From Cyanobacteriota bacterium (GTDB taxonomy: Bacteria > Cyanobacteriota > Cyanobacteriia > Cyanobacteriales > Nostocaceae), in NCBI GenBank assembly GCA_046045965.1, contig JBJOKS010000011.1:32001-96000 (forward strand): a stretch of DNA of 64,000 bases, written 5' to 3'. The translations under genes and the position numbers were made by a program. Shown here piece by piece: positions 41,001 to 49,648 of this stretch. The notes beneath the pieces are model-generated. The model had not been told where the DNA came from, searched no databases, and saw only the letters and a program-made list of their open reading frames with translations. Each line of letters begins with the position of its first letter. The first letter of the stretch is position 1.

Positions 41001-42418
41001 CGGCGGGTACGTTTTTTAAAATAAATTTCTAGTTGATGACGACGAATATTGTCATATTTATCAATTGTATATCCTGTCCCCATCTGTCTTTGTTGTTTAA
41101 TAATTCCTTCTTTAACTTCCTGTGGATCTGTTGTGAGAGAATTAGCAAATTGGGCATTAACTAATTTATTGATGCGCTTAGTGTAAGCTAAACTATTGTA
41201 GGCTAAATTGCTGGGTGCGTCTGTAACTGATTTATTGGCTTTAATATTAGGATTATATCCAGAAACATTTTCAGGATTAGTTGCTTTATCTTTAAATAAA
41301 TCTACTGTGGTTGCTGTTCCTAAATCGCTATCATCTGTCAATCTCCCCGCACCTAAATTACCACCGACAATGATTTTAGCGTTTTCTGCTTCGTAAAAAC
41401 AGGAATTGGGACTGCTAACTTGATAAAATCTCACTTTGGCTGAATTTCCAGCAGTTAGTAAATTGCTATTGGTAAAAATTCTCCCATTGATTTTAAAATC
41501 TTCTTCTGGAGTTATTGCTAAATCATCTTCATAAATAATGGCGTGGTTTGTGGGTGGAATTTGCGCTCTGTCTTGTTGATATTCTAAGGCAGAAAAGCCT
41601 TTATTACCTATGTAAATTTCATAATTATCTTGATTTGCTGAAGGGATAGTATTTGTGCTGGTGATAGGAACTGTAGCGGTGTAAACAAAAATAGCTTTTT
41701 TCATTCTATTTCCCATTCTAAACCAACCATTCATATCTACTAAATTTGCATTTTTCCCAAAGACATCGTGACATTTTGCACTTAAATCACTAGGATTCAT
41801 GGGTGTGGTTCTAGCTTCTAAGGGAGTTCTAGCACGAGTATATTGATTATTTATTTGAGGAGGATTTGTTAAGTAAATTGCATAAAGGGTATGACTATCA
41901 AATTTGCCATTATTATCGGTATCTATAGGGAATTTCCATGCTGTTTTCAGGGTTTCATTGCTGTTCAAACTTAGTGTAAGGGTGGTTTCATCACCCAGGG
42001 TATATTCATGAATATTATCAACTAAATTGTTATATAAATCTTGTTCTGATGGTAATGCTTTGGGGATTCTTTGGTCTTGAAATAGTTTGTTAATTTTCGC
42101 TCTGGCTCGATCTAAGGCTGGTGTAGCGGCGTTAATGACAATTTGATTAACTCGGACATTACTGGCGTGTTTAGACCTCTCAAATGACCGAAACATGATT
42201 GCCAAAGTTAGTAAAACAACGGCTATAGATACCATTGTTACTGTTGGTAAAACAAAACCTGCGTTTGTTGATAATCGCGTTTTTTTGCTACGAAAAAGAG
42301 CTTTTATTAGCCAAATAATTGTTTTTTTGAGCTTTGTTTTAATGGCATATAAAAATTTGAGGATTATCTTTTTAGAAATCCTAATTTTAGCCTTGGTTGG
42401 CTGATATTTTCTGGACAT
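38024..42418 (-). CDS. hpsA: Hormogonium polysaccharide biosynthesis protein HpsA-like (large PilX-like protein)
   Basis: Basic leader then G|FVLPTV (no Glu5), 1464 aa, C-terminal GGLPNLVRFLENW...PPTRQWTYDVGLL; first gene of the pilin/GT cluster. Confidence 0.8.
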   Translation of the reverse strand: MSRKYQPTKAKIRISKKIILKFLYAIKTKLKKTIIWLIKALFRSKKTRLSTNAGFVLPTVTMVSIAVVLLTLAIMFRSFERSKHASNVRVNQIVINAATPALDRARAKINKLFQDQRIPKALPSEQDLYNNLVDNIHEYTLGDETTLTLSLNSNETLKTAWKFPIDTDNNGKFDSHTLYAIYLTNPPQINNQYTRARTPLEARTTPMNPSDLSAKCHDVFGKNANLVDMNGWFRMGNRMKKAIFVYTATVPITSTNTIPSANQDNYEIYIGNKGFSALEYQQDRAQIPPTNHAIIYEDDLAITPEEDFKINGRIFTNSNLLTAGNSAKVRFYQVSSPNSCFYEAENAKIIVGGNLGAGRLTDDSDLGTATTVDLFKDKATNPENVSGYNPNIKANKSVTDAPSNLAYNSLAYTKRINKLVNAQFANSLTTDPQEVKEGIIKQQRQMGTGYTIDKYDNIRRHQLEIYFKKRTRRVPFAEVAFGDEQRDVNSISNPLQGSGDTLRPLDKWVNPDNSQLSLNITGNLLKPSATEPIDKLQKELAGVEQFLGDRTLVGNNLPQQWWNDEQKRFFSANIDDTQDITGINWDLSNETTTRTRRTTVQILADIAATDRDGDWEYAAAQVPDNPEHPVGGLRVVTGAGIYLPRNNTATTSDFSTASTQIWSDMLPVPQAPAPTTINPYSIYDSSLDFILPKLLESDITTSYLKMRATVVYHYKSAHYSQSNPTPIACISSFYIPTNSNTAKNISTLPDAVGIEKDINGLSNNGIVYPPPNKTVSSYANLLNYQANLQYPNGRWVNEPLRNALGKTNLTLSEKSAVDAALCALQIMDGSITPATTPPIPHGAIKETAFLDSRQIKANQTNSLDADLSYNLPLQDRQPLEIRTTVIDLNQLRTKTISDEYLLPNSGIIYASRDDALPDISAGTSTAEKLESSVDYKLDSTRRPNGILITSNDGSETKLFRSTSNTFRKEEKGLIFVSNLPVYIKGDFNKHTQEEFTTALASDWSNFYTRSQINPNFACRPGDPKLPNCNSGDEWRNAVILADSITLLSNNFRFGFRNEGDYDWNNNSDDTELLNSRPVHFKYNSYAPTVTANYYSNGIPKVDLEPNINGFQGSSYFHNFVTPIVKQIPAREFVFEVCSVSDIDECNSDPRNWVITNVPYNAYDGQGQNNWRNGGGNIEGLPMSAIKTGSVGNSNPASNGWNDPNLPKRLAFKRDILTGELITPLAIYGVDNNNKIQAFYISEKTLPRLAKNENNQTFLIPWLVPDEDGNWQPVLQINKPFATDEDPNNTTSITNGSHNNWLQIATETTFNLIAATGDNPGRPTEDNGGLPNLVRFLENWSPNNIPITLKMSGAFIQMKRSAYGTGTYSTSINTQFSDFKYQIAVNNGRSFGHLPPTRQWTYDVGLLSQSPDLFSQKLVTISSELPNEYFREVSRDDEWIKTLLCAKKTETSTYAIDQDQRPNCQ

Positions 42419-42770
42419 ATAGGTAGATGCTACCTGTCAATTATTTGGCAGGTGTGGGTAGTGATTTATTGACCTATATATAGACGTTGGGTGGATGTCT
42501 TTACATAGGTTGATAGTTGTTTATTGTTATATGTTTGTTAGGATTTATATACAGTATTTTTACTGGAATTTAATTGGATGATGGTTACTTCAAGAAATCT
42601 TAGAAAAATGGCAATGAATGAAAAAGATATGCTAATTATACCGAACTATTCGGTGATGAAAACATCAACTAATCTTATAAATTAGGTAATACACGGATTC
42701 AAAGACTTTTACTGACCTGCATGATAGAAAATCATTTATGAATCTGACTTTTCCTATTAATCAGTTGTAT

Positions 42771-43421
42771 TTAGTTTACTGCTGAGGATCTGGTAAATAC
42801 TGTTCTTTTGACTTCCAGTGGTTTGTTAAAGTTAGGATCATCTTCGTTATCGGATAACTTGCCATATAGGTACAAGTCAGCTTTGTTTCCACTATCATAT
42901 ATACAGGCATAAAAACCATCACCCCTCTCCGGAGGTGTAAGTGCAGGTGTAAGTGTGCTACCAGTTGGACAGGTTGGAGGATTTTCAGGAGCTTGAATTG
43001 CATCAACTAAAACATCATTATCGCGTAGGATTGTTTGTGAACCTGAGATCGTATCTTGCCATACACCTGTACCATCAGCTACGGAATAAACTATTGTCAT
43101 ATTCGTATAGGGATTTGTAAAAAGGTTAGCTGGTGGTCGTGGAGTTGTTAACTTGAACACTTCCCCAGCCGCAGGATCACCAGCTTCTATTTTATTTGAC
43201 CTTTTAATTTCGTTAGCCATATAATCCAAGGCACGGTTTAAGTTTGTGCGTCTTTGGACTTCAAATTCTTCTTCTTGATTTTTTTCCAGCAAGGCCACAA
43301 AGGCAGTTCCTGATAAGGTAACAACTATGGACATGATTACTGTTGCTACAAGCAGTTCTATGAGAGTAAATCCTTGATTATCAGTTAAATTTGATTTAAT
43401 TTTTTTAAATTTAAATTTCAT
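42771..43421 (-). CDS. Type IV pilin-like protein (PilW-like)
   Basis: G|FTLIE; RRTNLNRALDYMANEIK. Confidence 0.85.
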   Translation of the reverse strand: MKFKFKKIKSNLTDNQGFTLIELLVATVIMSIVVTLSGTAFVALLEKNQEEEFEVQRRTNLNRALDYMANEIKRSNKIEAGDPAAGEVFKLTTPRPPANLFTNPYTNMTIVYSVADGTGVWQDTISGSQTILRDNDVLVDAIQAPENPPTCPTGSTLTPALTPPERGDGFYACIYDSGNKADLYLYGKLSDNEDDPNFNKPLEVKRTVFTRSSAVN

Positions 43422-43466
43422 TTTTCACCTCTGATATTATTTCTAAATTCTCTCTCAACTTAGTTT

Positions 43467-43943
43467 TTAAGGATTGCAAACACCATCGCTAGGATTTTCA
43501 CCTTTGCCAATTAATCCCAATGGTGTAGATACAACTAAACATCGTTGTAAGTTATCATTATCCCTGTGTGTCAAAGTCACAGTTACTTCCCCTGTAGAAT
43601 TTTCTCCTAGATGATTAAAACTCATAGTTATGTTTGATGAATTTAACACATTTTCTAATGTGCGATCGCCTGTTGGTAAGCAACCATCAGCACTAGTAAT
43701 TGTTGGTGGATTTGCGGTGGTGACAGTAATATTACAAGTTCGTGATCTAGACATAGCTTGTCTTTGACCTTCTTTAATTGCTCCTTCCAAGCTTGTAATT
43801 GCCGCATCTGCTTGTTTTCTCTGATTCCATGCTGAAAAACTCGGTCCAATCAAAGCAGCAAGAATACCAACAATAACTAAAACTGTTAGTGTTTCTAAAA
43901 GTGTGAATCCTTGATTATCTTTTAATACACTGGTATGACGCAT
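43467..43943 (-). CDS. Type IV pilin-like protein (FimT-like)
   Basis: G|FTLLE; AIKEGQRQAM; RCLVVSTPLG. Confidence 0.85.
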   Translation of the reverse strand: MRHTSVLKDNQGFTLLETLTVLVIVGILAALIGPSFSAWNQRKQADAAITSLEGAIKEGQRQAMSRSRTCNITVTTANPPTITSADGCLPTGDRTLENVLNSSNITMSFNHLGENSTGEVTVTLTHRDNDNLQRCLVVSTPLGLIGKGENPSDGVCNP

Positions 43944-44763
43944 CTGGTATTACCTCACTATAAAGTTTCCCTAAGATTTTGCTACCTGGCAGATTATTCT
44001 CCTCTTTAACAACTAAATATCTAACTTCCAAAACTCCATTACTAACAGGTTCATCTTTTCGCATTACCCATAGTTTCCTATCTGTGTTGGGTATGGTGTG
44101 AGGTGCAAAATCAGAAACAGCTTTGTATTCATCATAGTCTGAAGGCAATTCATCAGCATTTTCACCTCCAGGTTCTTTATTACTTATACGTACACTATCA
44201 TCATCATCAAAGTTAGGAAAACTCTGTGCAGTGAGATTGGTTTCTGTTTTTTCGTTTAATTCGGCTGCTAATCCACTATCTGCCGCAGCACTACATAATG
44301 TATTGTTAATCAATATGGCAGCAGATCCATTCTCTCTGGTTGCTTTTACTGTAGTTCGCAATCCTGGTGATGCGATTGTGATAGTGTTGTTATCTGAATC
44401 TATAGTGAAATTGTTGTATTCATCTGGCGTGCCTGTAAACTGAATTAGATTACCAGTTTCAAAAAGATCCACTGATTCCAGTTCTATCTCTGTAGTGCTT
44501 GCAGCAATGGAAGTAGTTCCTGTGGGAATTACTACTTTAGGAAATTTAATTTGACTTGCTTGGTTTTTGATATTTTCTAAATCTTGCTGAATCAGATTTG
44601 TGGCAGTTGTGAACTCTTTAGCTCTAGCTTTAAAGGTGGCAGAAATGATCATCATCTGCAATGCGGCGGCGCTAAAAAAAGTAATGGCAACGATAGCAAC
44701 TAAAACTTCAAGTAAACTGAAGCCTGAGTCTAATTTATATTTTGTATATTTTGGATTTTTCAT
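43915..44763 (-). CDS. Type IV pilin-like protein (PilV-like)
   Basis: G|FSLLE; IQQDLENIK; GGAGG RBS upstream. Confidence 0.85.
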   Translation of the reverse strand: MKNPKYTKYKLDSGFSLLEVLVAIVAITFFSAAALQMMIISATFKARAKEFTTATNLIQQDLENIKNQASQIKFPKVVIPTGTTSIAASTTEIELESVDLFETGNLIQFTGTPDEYNNFTIDSDNNTITIASPGLRTTVKATRENGSAAILINNTLCSAAADSGLAAELNEKTETNLTAQSFPNFDDDDSVRISNKEPGGENADELPSDYDEYKAVSDFAPHTIPNTDRKLWVMRKDEPVSNGVLEVRYLVVKEENNLPGSKILGKLYSEVIPDASYQCIKR

Positions 44764-44790
44764 CAACTTAAACCTCCTTTTCTGTGAAAT

Positions 44791-46371
44791 TTAATCAACG
44801 TTTTTGCGTTCCCATGACCCAGTAGCATCAACTTCTGGCGGATATTGTTCGTTGATATTTCCTCGGATAGAACTTGGAATATCGTTCCATGCTCCCCTTT
44901 GTTGAACTGCTAAGAAACCGCTATTATCAGATGCAGGACCAGTTGATCCGCACTGAGGACCACCCCATCCTTTGGACCAAACTGCACCTAAAAAGTTGGA
45001 GATTCCGTTCACCGGATTAGGTGTTCCAGAAGCTACTCCTACTCTGTAATTAGGAGCAAATATGAAGGCTTCTATTGAGTTACTACCATTAATACATATT
45101 TTTGGATCTGAGGCAGTAGATGTACCGAAGATGATTGTATCCATCGGGTTACAAGCACCTGCTGTCTCACAAACTATGCTCACATTGTTCCTGATCTCAT
45201 TATCTAAATACAACATAATTTTGGTATTAGGTTTAATTCTGACAGTGACATTGCCACCTGTTATACTAGGAACTTTGTAAACATAAACATTACTTACCCC
45301 AGCATGAGAGCTGATTCTAAAACGACTATCTGGTACTTTAGGTGGGGTAATTGTATAATTTGCGCTTTCATCAGGCAGTGTAATGGTAGTATTACCACTG
45401 ATTGCTGATAAGGGAATGTGCCCAGGTCTATCACTGGTAGCAAGAATAGGATTGGTTGTTGAAGGAGCATTAGCAGGACTGCCAACACGCCTAACAGCTG
45501 GAATCGTTGGTACTGATGGTAGTTGTATCTCAGTTTGGTTAATCTTAGGCCTAGATCCATCTGGGAAGTCCCTAAGATTATTTTGCATTCTAGTCAGATT
45601 AGCAGCAGAAATGTTACAGCTATTTAGAAGTATGTTTGCACTAATCTTATTATTAGCTGTTCCATCATCATCAGTCGTACCACCCAACCAAACTCCAGGT
45701 ACAGGAGAACTAAGAGTATCACCATTCCTGATGGGAAATGTTACTTCTAATCTAGAAACAGATTGATTGATGATGTTGCTGTCTGGATTCATCCGACCTT
45801 CAACTATTAGTTTACCTACTTGTGCAATCCCATTGGGATTATTGAGTTCCCCAACAATGGGTTTATATTCAACAAGCCTAAACTGCTGTTGTGAACTTAC
45901 ATTCGGATCTGTATCCAGTGGGTCATTAGCATCTTTCCAATCTGTACTTGCATATACGTTTTTTATGTTATCTAAGCTATTTGTATTACAAATATTATTA
46001 AATATGCGAATCTGGTCTACGTTTGACCAACTCAGTTGACTGGGGGTAGGATCGGTTGTAGGGTCTCCACAATCTGAACCCGGTTCAGGATCTCTGTCAT
46101 TACAATCAGGAAATTTAACGAGTTGTCTGTTAACACCATTTGCATTGAAAAAATTCTGGTAAAAAGTAACACCTTTTTCAGCTGCTGCTAATGCTTCATC
46201 TGTCTGCTTCTGGGTGGAAGATATTACTTGATCTCCTTGCGATCGCAGAGTCATTGTTAAACCGACCAAGATCATAATTAATCCTAGCGAAACAGCTATG
46301 ACAATCGCAAAACCTGCCTCTTGAGACTGAAGAAGCAAGGCCATTTTTAATCTAGTATTAATATTTTTCAT
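44791..46371 (-). CDS. Large PilX-like minor pilin / putative tip adhesin
   Basis: G|FAIVI lacking Glu5, ALAAAEKGV, C-terminal FIFAPNY...FLGAVW. Confidence 0.75.
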   Translation of the reverse strand: MKNINTRLKMALLLQSQEAGFAIVIAVSLGLIMILVGLTMTLRSQGDQVISSTQKQTDEALAAAEKGVTFYQNFFNANGVNRQLVKFPDCNDRDPEPGSDCGDPTTDPTPSQLSWSNVDQIRIFNNICNTNSLDNIKNVYASTDWKDANDPLDTDPNVSSQQQFRLVEYKPIVGELNNPNGIAQVGKLIVEGRMNPDSNIINQSVSRLEVTFPIRNGDTLSSPVPGVWLGGTTDDDGTANNKISANILLNSCNISAANLTRMQNNLRDFPDGSRPKINQTEIQLPSVPTIPAVRRVGSPANAPSTTNPILATSDRPGHIPLSAISGNTTITLPDESANYTITPPKVPDSRFRISSHAGVSNVYVYKVPSITGGNVTVRIKPNTKIMLYLDNEIRNNVSIVCETAGACNPMDTIIFGTSTASDPKICINGSNSIEAFIFAPNYRVGVASGTPNPVNGISNFLGAVWSKGWGGPQCGSTGPASDNSGFLAVQQRGAWNDIPSSIRGNINEQYPPEVDATGSWERKNVD

Positions 46372-46909
46372 GGCATGATTTTTCCTTAGCTACAAAAACT
46401 AGGGTATTATGGGTCAATTCTTGACAAATGATGCTAGATAGAAACTTTTAAGATATGGATTTGTTTTCTTAATGCATACAAAAGATAATATTGTACTAAC
46501 ATTGATTGACTACAGCGCGTTTTGGGTATCAGTCAATTTTATACAATACAAGTATTTATTCATAATATACACTATTTTACCGTTAATGATTTCAGTGACT
46601 GTACTATATTATTAAAGTTTGAGTAAAGGAAGAATTTAGATATTTATACTGTCACTACAGATCAGCTTAATTCATCAAGCCCTACGTAACATTTCTTGAA
46701 TTTACACTAATTACGTTTTGAGTTAAGAAAGACTGATTGATCGTTTATATTTGATTAAAGAATACTATAGTAGACAAATATAATAAAAAACAGTAGATGC
46801 TAATCTAATCGCTCTACTGCTTCCTATAGGAAAACCTGTTTCATTTTTCCAATCTATGATGGTTGGATGTTCATCTGTTTGATGATGAAAAATTTATTAC
46901 TAATTCTTA

Positions 46910-47602
46910 CTAAGCTTTTTTAGCCCGTTTGAGACCACGATTCGAAGCTAAAAATCCTACAGTTGCAAGTAAGCCAAACATAGCAGAAGGTTCAGGAACT
47001 GATCTTTGGATAGTTCCAGCTAACGCTAAAATTGGAGAGTTGGTTGTACCTGTAGCAAAGTCAATTAATAAAGAATTAATCGAGCTTCCTTGTGCAATAC
47101 CCAAGAGAGTTAAGTCTATTTCAGCTGCAAAGACAGGAACAATTGGAGGAAGAGTAGTAGTGTCGTTAACGCTTCTGACTCCGAAGTCTCCCCAAGTAGC
47201 ACCCAAATCTGCGCTGACTCTAAATAGTGCATTAGGATTCTGTAAGCTGAATAGTGCTACGTCATCACCCCCACCATTTAACACTTCAGAAAACTCCAGG
47301 AGAACGAAACCAGTACGGTCACTAGAGAATACAAAGGTGTCTATTGATTGATCAGTCAGTGATCCTATAACATCTCCACTAGGACTACCGATAAAAGGAC
47401 CTCCCTCATTAAAATCTGCATCCAAAGTGAATGCTGCATTAGCAAATCCATTATCACTTAACGTAATATCCCCAATCGTTGCCGCACTGGCAGGTTTAGC
47501 CAAAGCGCCTCCCAACATCATGGCACTGATAGCTACACCAGCACCCAAGGAGGTGAGAGTTTTTTGAGAGAATAATTGACCTAAGTTCTTGAATGTAACC
47601 AT
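46910..47602 (-). CDS. PEP-CTERM sorting-domain surface protein
   Basis: Signal peptide ending PASA; C-terminal VPEPSAMFGLLATVGFLASNRGLKRAKKA. Confidence 0.9.
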   Translation of the reverse strand: MVTFKNLGQLFSQKTLTSLGAGVAISAMMLGGALAKPASAATIGDITLSDNGFANAAFTLDADFNEGGPFIGSPSGDVIGSLTDQSIDTFVFSSDRTGFVLLEFSEVLNGGGDDVALFSLQNPNALFRVSADLGATWGDFGVRSVNDTTTLPPIVPVFAAEIDLTLLGIAQGSSINSLLIDFATGTTNSPILALAGTIQRSVPEPSAMFGLLATVGFLASNRGLKRAKKA

Positions 47603-48132
47603 CTAAAATCCTTCCTGTGTATACAAATGGTGTGTTTATTGCTAACAGATGCGTTCTGATTCTGCTATTTATAACAAGCTAGTACGAGTATTATCTTAAT
47701 CACCAAGTAATAAGTTTGTGCATCAGTAAAACCACTAAAAAATAATGGTTATGGGTATCACTATAAACAATTAAAAGCTAACTGGGTATATGTAGTTAGG
47801 AAAAAGACGAAACTTCATGAAAACTTTACATAGGAGATTATTGATTCTAGGTTGAGAAAATACGCAACTTGAGGATAATTGCTGGCTCAAAAACGCTGTA
47901 TTCCTCGAAATACTTATGTTTGCGGTGCAACTCAATTATAATTTGTCTGTGTAATAGCTGTGTTATTCTTTTAAAGAACAGTGATGATAATATAATTTTT
48001 ATGTGAATTTTTATTTAACTATATCTGTGGATAGATGACATATTTTATGTAATTTGCTGAGCAAAGGTAGTTGTTAAGAGTATTTTATGATTAAAGGAAG
48101 TATCCTTAGATACCTCCAATGCACATAAAAGA

Positions 48133-48369
48133 TTAGTATTGGTTTAAATTGATACCAGCTTCCTTAGCCATTGCTTCTATACCTTTGCTATCGAGGGTTT
48201 TGATGGCTTTGGTAGAAAGTTTCAGTCTTACCCAACGATTACCACCAGGCCACCAAACTCGCTTGCTTTGCAGATTAACTTGTTGTAGGCGTTTGGTGCG
48301 ACGATGGGAGTGGGAAACAGCCATTGCATTATTGGCTTTTTTACCGGTGAGTTCACAACGACGGGACAT
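48133..48369 (-). CDS. rpmB: 50S ribosomal protein L28
   Basis: [14 protein letters not shown]...[17 protein letters not shown]. Confidence 0.97.
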   Translation of the reverse strand: MSRRCELTGKKANNAMAVSHSHRRTKRLQQVNLQSKRVWWPGGNRWVRLKLSTKAIKTLDSKGIEAMAKEAGINLNQY

Positions 48370-48450
48370 TAAAATTTCTCCTGCTATTTGAATACAACCT
48401 TTCTATTCTAGTTCATGTCCGTTTGAATAGTTATCATATCTTTCGGGAGA

Positions 48451-48488
48451 GGGAACAGGGAACAGGGAACAGGGAACAGGGAACAGGG
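48451..48488 (+). repeat. STRR array (GGGAACA)n
   Basis: Five tandem heptamers. Confidence 0.85.
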
Positions 48489-48540
48489 GAAAAGAAGAGG
48501 TAACAGTCACAAGTAACTAGCTGGACATGATATTTAGAAC

Positions 48541-49362
48541 ATGAATAAACAACGTTTAAGAAAACTATTAATTGGTGATTTTACTTGGAAACGGATGCTC
48601 AGGTCTTTAGTTTTCATCTATACGTTGTTTGCTGTTTATGTATATTTTCGAGCTGATAGTATGATTTTTCTGCCCCAACTGTCAAGCTATCAAGATACAA
48701 AAGACATTCTCAAGCTCAAAAATAGGGAAAATAAGCAAATTTCCGCAGTTTATTTACAGAACCCTCAAGCTAAGTACACAGTTCTTTATGTTCATGGAAA
48801 TGCAGAAGACTTGGGAGATATTCAGAAGATTTTAGCAAAAATCCGTGATATTGGTTTTAGTGTCTTTGCTTACGACTATCGCGGTTATGGTACGAGTGAG
48901 GGAACACCTACAGAAACTGCTGCTTATCAAGATATTGATACTGCTTACAATTATTTAACTGAAGATTTAAAAATCAAACCAGAAAACATTATTGTTTTTG
49001 GACGTTCTGTAGGGGGAGGTTCAGCGGTAGACTTAGCAGCGAGAAAACCAGTAGCTGGGTTAATTATTGAAAGTACATTTACTTCAGCTTTTCGGGTAGT
49101 TGTTCCTTTTCCCATTTTACCTTTTGATAAATTTACTAATCTTGAGAAAATCAAAAAAGTCAAAGCTCCGGTTTTGGTGATGCACGGTAAATTAGATGAT
49201 ATTATCCCTTTTGAGCATGGGGAAAAGTTGTTTGCTGCGGTGACTACACCTAAGCTTTATTTGTGGGTGGAAAATGCCAATCATAATGATTTTTTAGAAG
49301 TTGCAAAAGAAAAGTATGGTCAGAAATTGAGGGAGTTTGTGGAATTATTAGCAAAAAATTGA
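48541..49362 (+). CDS. Alpha/beta hydrolase (ABHD17-like)
   Basis: HGNAED, YDYRGYG, nucleophile GRSVG, HGKLDDII, ANHND. Confidence 0.9.
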   Translation: MNKQRLRKLLIGDFTWKRMLRSLVFIYTLFAVYVYFRADSMIFLPQLSSYQDTKDILKLKNRENKQISAVYLQNPQAKYTVLYVHGNAEDLGDIQKILAKIRDIGFSVFAYDYRGYGTSEGTPTETAAYQDIDTAYNYLTEDLKIKPENIIVFGRSVGGGSAVDLAARKPVAGLIIESTFTSAFRVVVPFPILPFDKFTNLEKIKKVKAPVLVMHGKLDDIIPFEHGEKLFAAVTTPKLYLWVENANHNDFLEVAKEKYGQKLREFVELLAKN

Positions 49363-49398
49363 TCCTCCCAACCCCCTTACAAAGGGGGGCTAAATTAT

Positions 49399-49603
49399 CT
49401 CGTTCCCAGTCAGAGACTGGGAATAAGCTGTTACGCACCTAGTTTTTTAACCGACTCTAGGCTAGAGAAGGGTTTTAGCCTCTAAATTATATGATTTAGA
49501 TGCGCGACAGCTTACCATCATAGAGGTTCTACCTCTTTTATACCTCTTTTTACTAAAGATAGAGCCTTCTATAATTCATTCCCATACTCTGTATGGGAAC
49601 GAG
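49399..49603. repeat. REP doublet (REPIN-like) containing a nested TIR element
   Basis: CTCGTTCCCAGTCAGAGACTGGGAAT ... CATTCCCATACTCTGTATGGGAACGAG; insert with imperfect ends AAGCTGTTACGCACCT / AGATGCGCGACAGCTT at 49425-49513. Confidence 0.65.
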
Positions 49604-49648
49604 AGAAAAACCTCTACTCCTGACTCCTGACTCCTGACTTCTGACTCC

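Noticed and set aside
49250..49438. 62-aa minus-strand ORF
   Set aside because: Made of REP sequence and antisense overlap with the hydrolase
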